This document shows, in pieces, positions 63,361 through 64,000 of a stretch of DNA of 64,000 nucleotides. Position 1 is the first letter of the stretch; every line of letters begins with the position of its first letter. This DNA comes from Mobula hypostoma (Eukaryota), in the NCBI RefSeq assembly GCF_963921235.1, contig NC_086109.1, forward strand, positions 3,474,001 to 3,538,000, read 5' to 3'. A program made the position numbers and the translations under genes. Under the pieces are notes generated by a model. The model did not search any database, was not told the DNA's origin, and worked only from the letters and a program-made list of their open reading frames with translations.

Positions 63361-64000
63361 AGTGGTTTGCGAAGGAAATCCGTCTGTCCGTGTATCTCAA
63401 GCCCCACTGTGCCGTGGCCCTTTCTCCCCTCGCTTCTCAGTGACCGCTTGTACTGTTGTCGCATGATCGCTGCGGTTCGAGGCTCAGGATGGGTGGGAGT
63501 AGCTGAGGAGGACGGCAATCCACACAGGGACAGAGGCCGATTTCAAGTATCAAAGTAAATTTATTATTAAACTATGTATATATCACCATATACAACCCTG
63601 AGGTTCATATCATTGCAGGAAAAGGGAAATGCAGCAGAATTTACACTAAAGCAAGCTGTCCATAAACAAAGACGGACAGATGATTTATTTTTATTTATTG
63701 ATTGAAATTCAGCGTGGAGTAGGCCCTTCCGGCCCTTCGAGCTGCACTGCCTGGCAATTCCCCGATTTAATTCTAGCCAAATCACGGGACAATTTCCAAT
63801 GACCAATTAACCTACCAACCAACCAGTATGTCTTTGGACTGTGGGAGGAAACCCGCGTCGTATAGTGTGTAAAAGAAGAAAAATCGTGCAGTTAAAAAAT
63901 ATATAATAATACTAATAAAAATAATACTGAGAACATGAGTTGTAGAGTTCATGAAAGTGAGTGGGTTGAGTTTAGAGTTGAGGTGAGTGATGTTAGCCAC

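Noticed and set aside
13516..64000. Further PLXNA2 exons or a nested host gene
   Set aside because: I found no ORF or splice-bounded segment resembling the next exon (expected roughly IRADGPP...) or any other known protein. A very short exon could have been missed by eye.

Overview
This is vertebrate nuclear DNA, not a prokaryotic window. The repeat content (CR1/HER1-type LINEs, HE1/V-SINE-like SINEs, abundant Penelope and Rex/Babar fragments) points to a cartilaginous fish, probably a ray or skate; this is an inference. The only host coding sequence I can support is two + strand exons of plexin-A2 (PLXNA2): the large first coding exon (acceptor before 9114, CDS 9167-10336) and the next 183-nt exon (13333-13515). 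The rest appears to be intron, and I did not find the following exon in the 50 kb downstream. The introns are densely filled with nested mobile elements. The most notable signals are: (1) a dozen or more Penelope-associated minimal hammerhead-ribozyme motifs on both strands, some inside fold-back hairpins; (2) a Chapaev3-like DNA transposon with TIRs and TAA target duplications that hosts a young 2.6-kb CR1; (3) a ~45-bp tandem array that multiplies the PLXNA2 splice donor; (4) a composite element of two Tc1-like mini-MITEs around a cargo, present twice; (5) several old local duplications and inverted-repeat pairs. No database searches were possible. Family names come from recalled motifs, and repeat boundaries are approximate unless a TSD is quoted. 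I see no clearly new biological system; the best candidates are variations on known ones.
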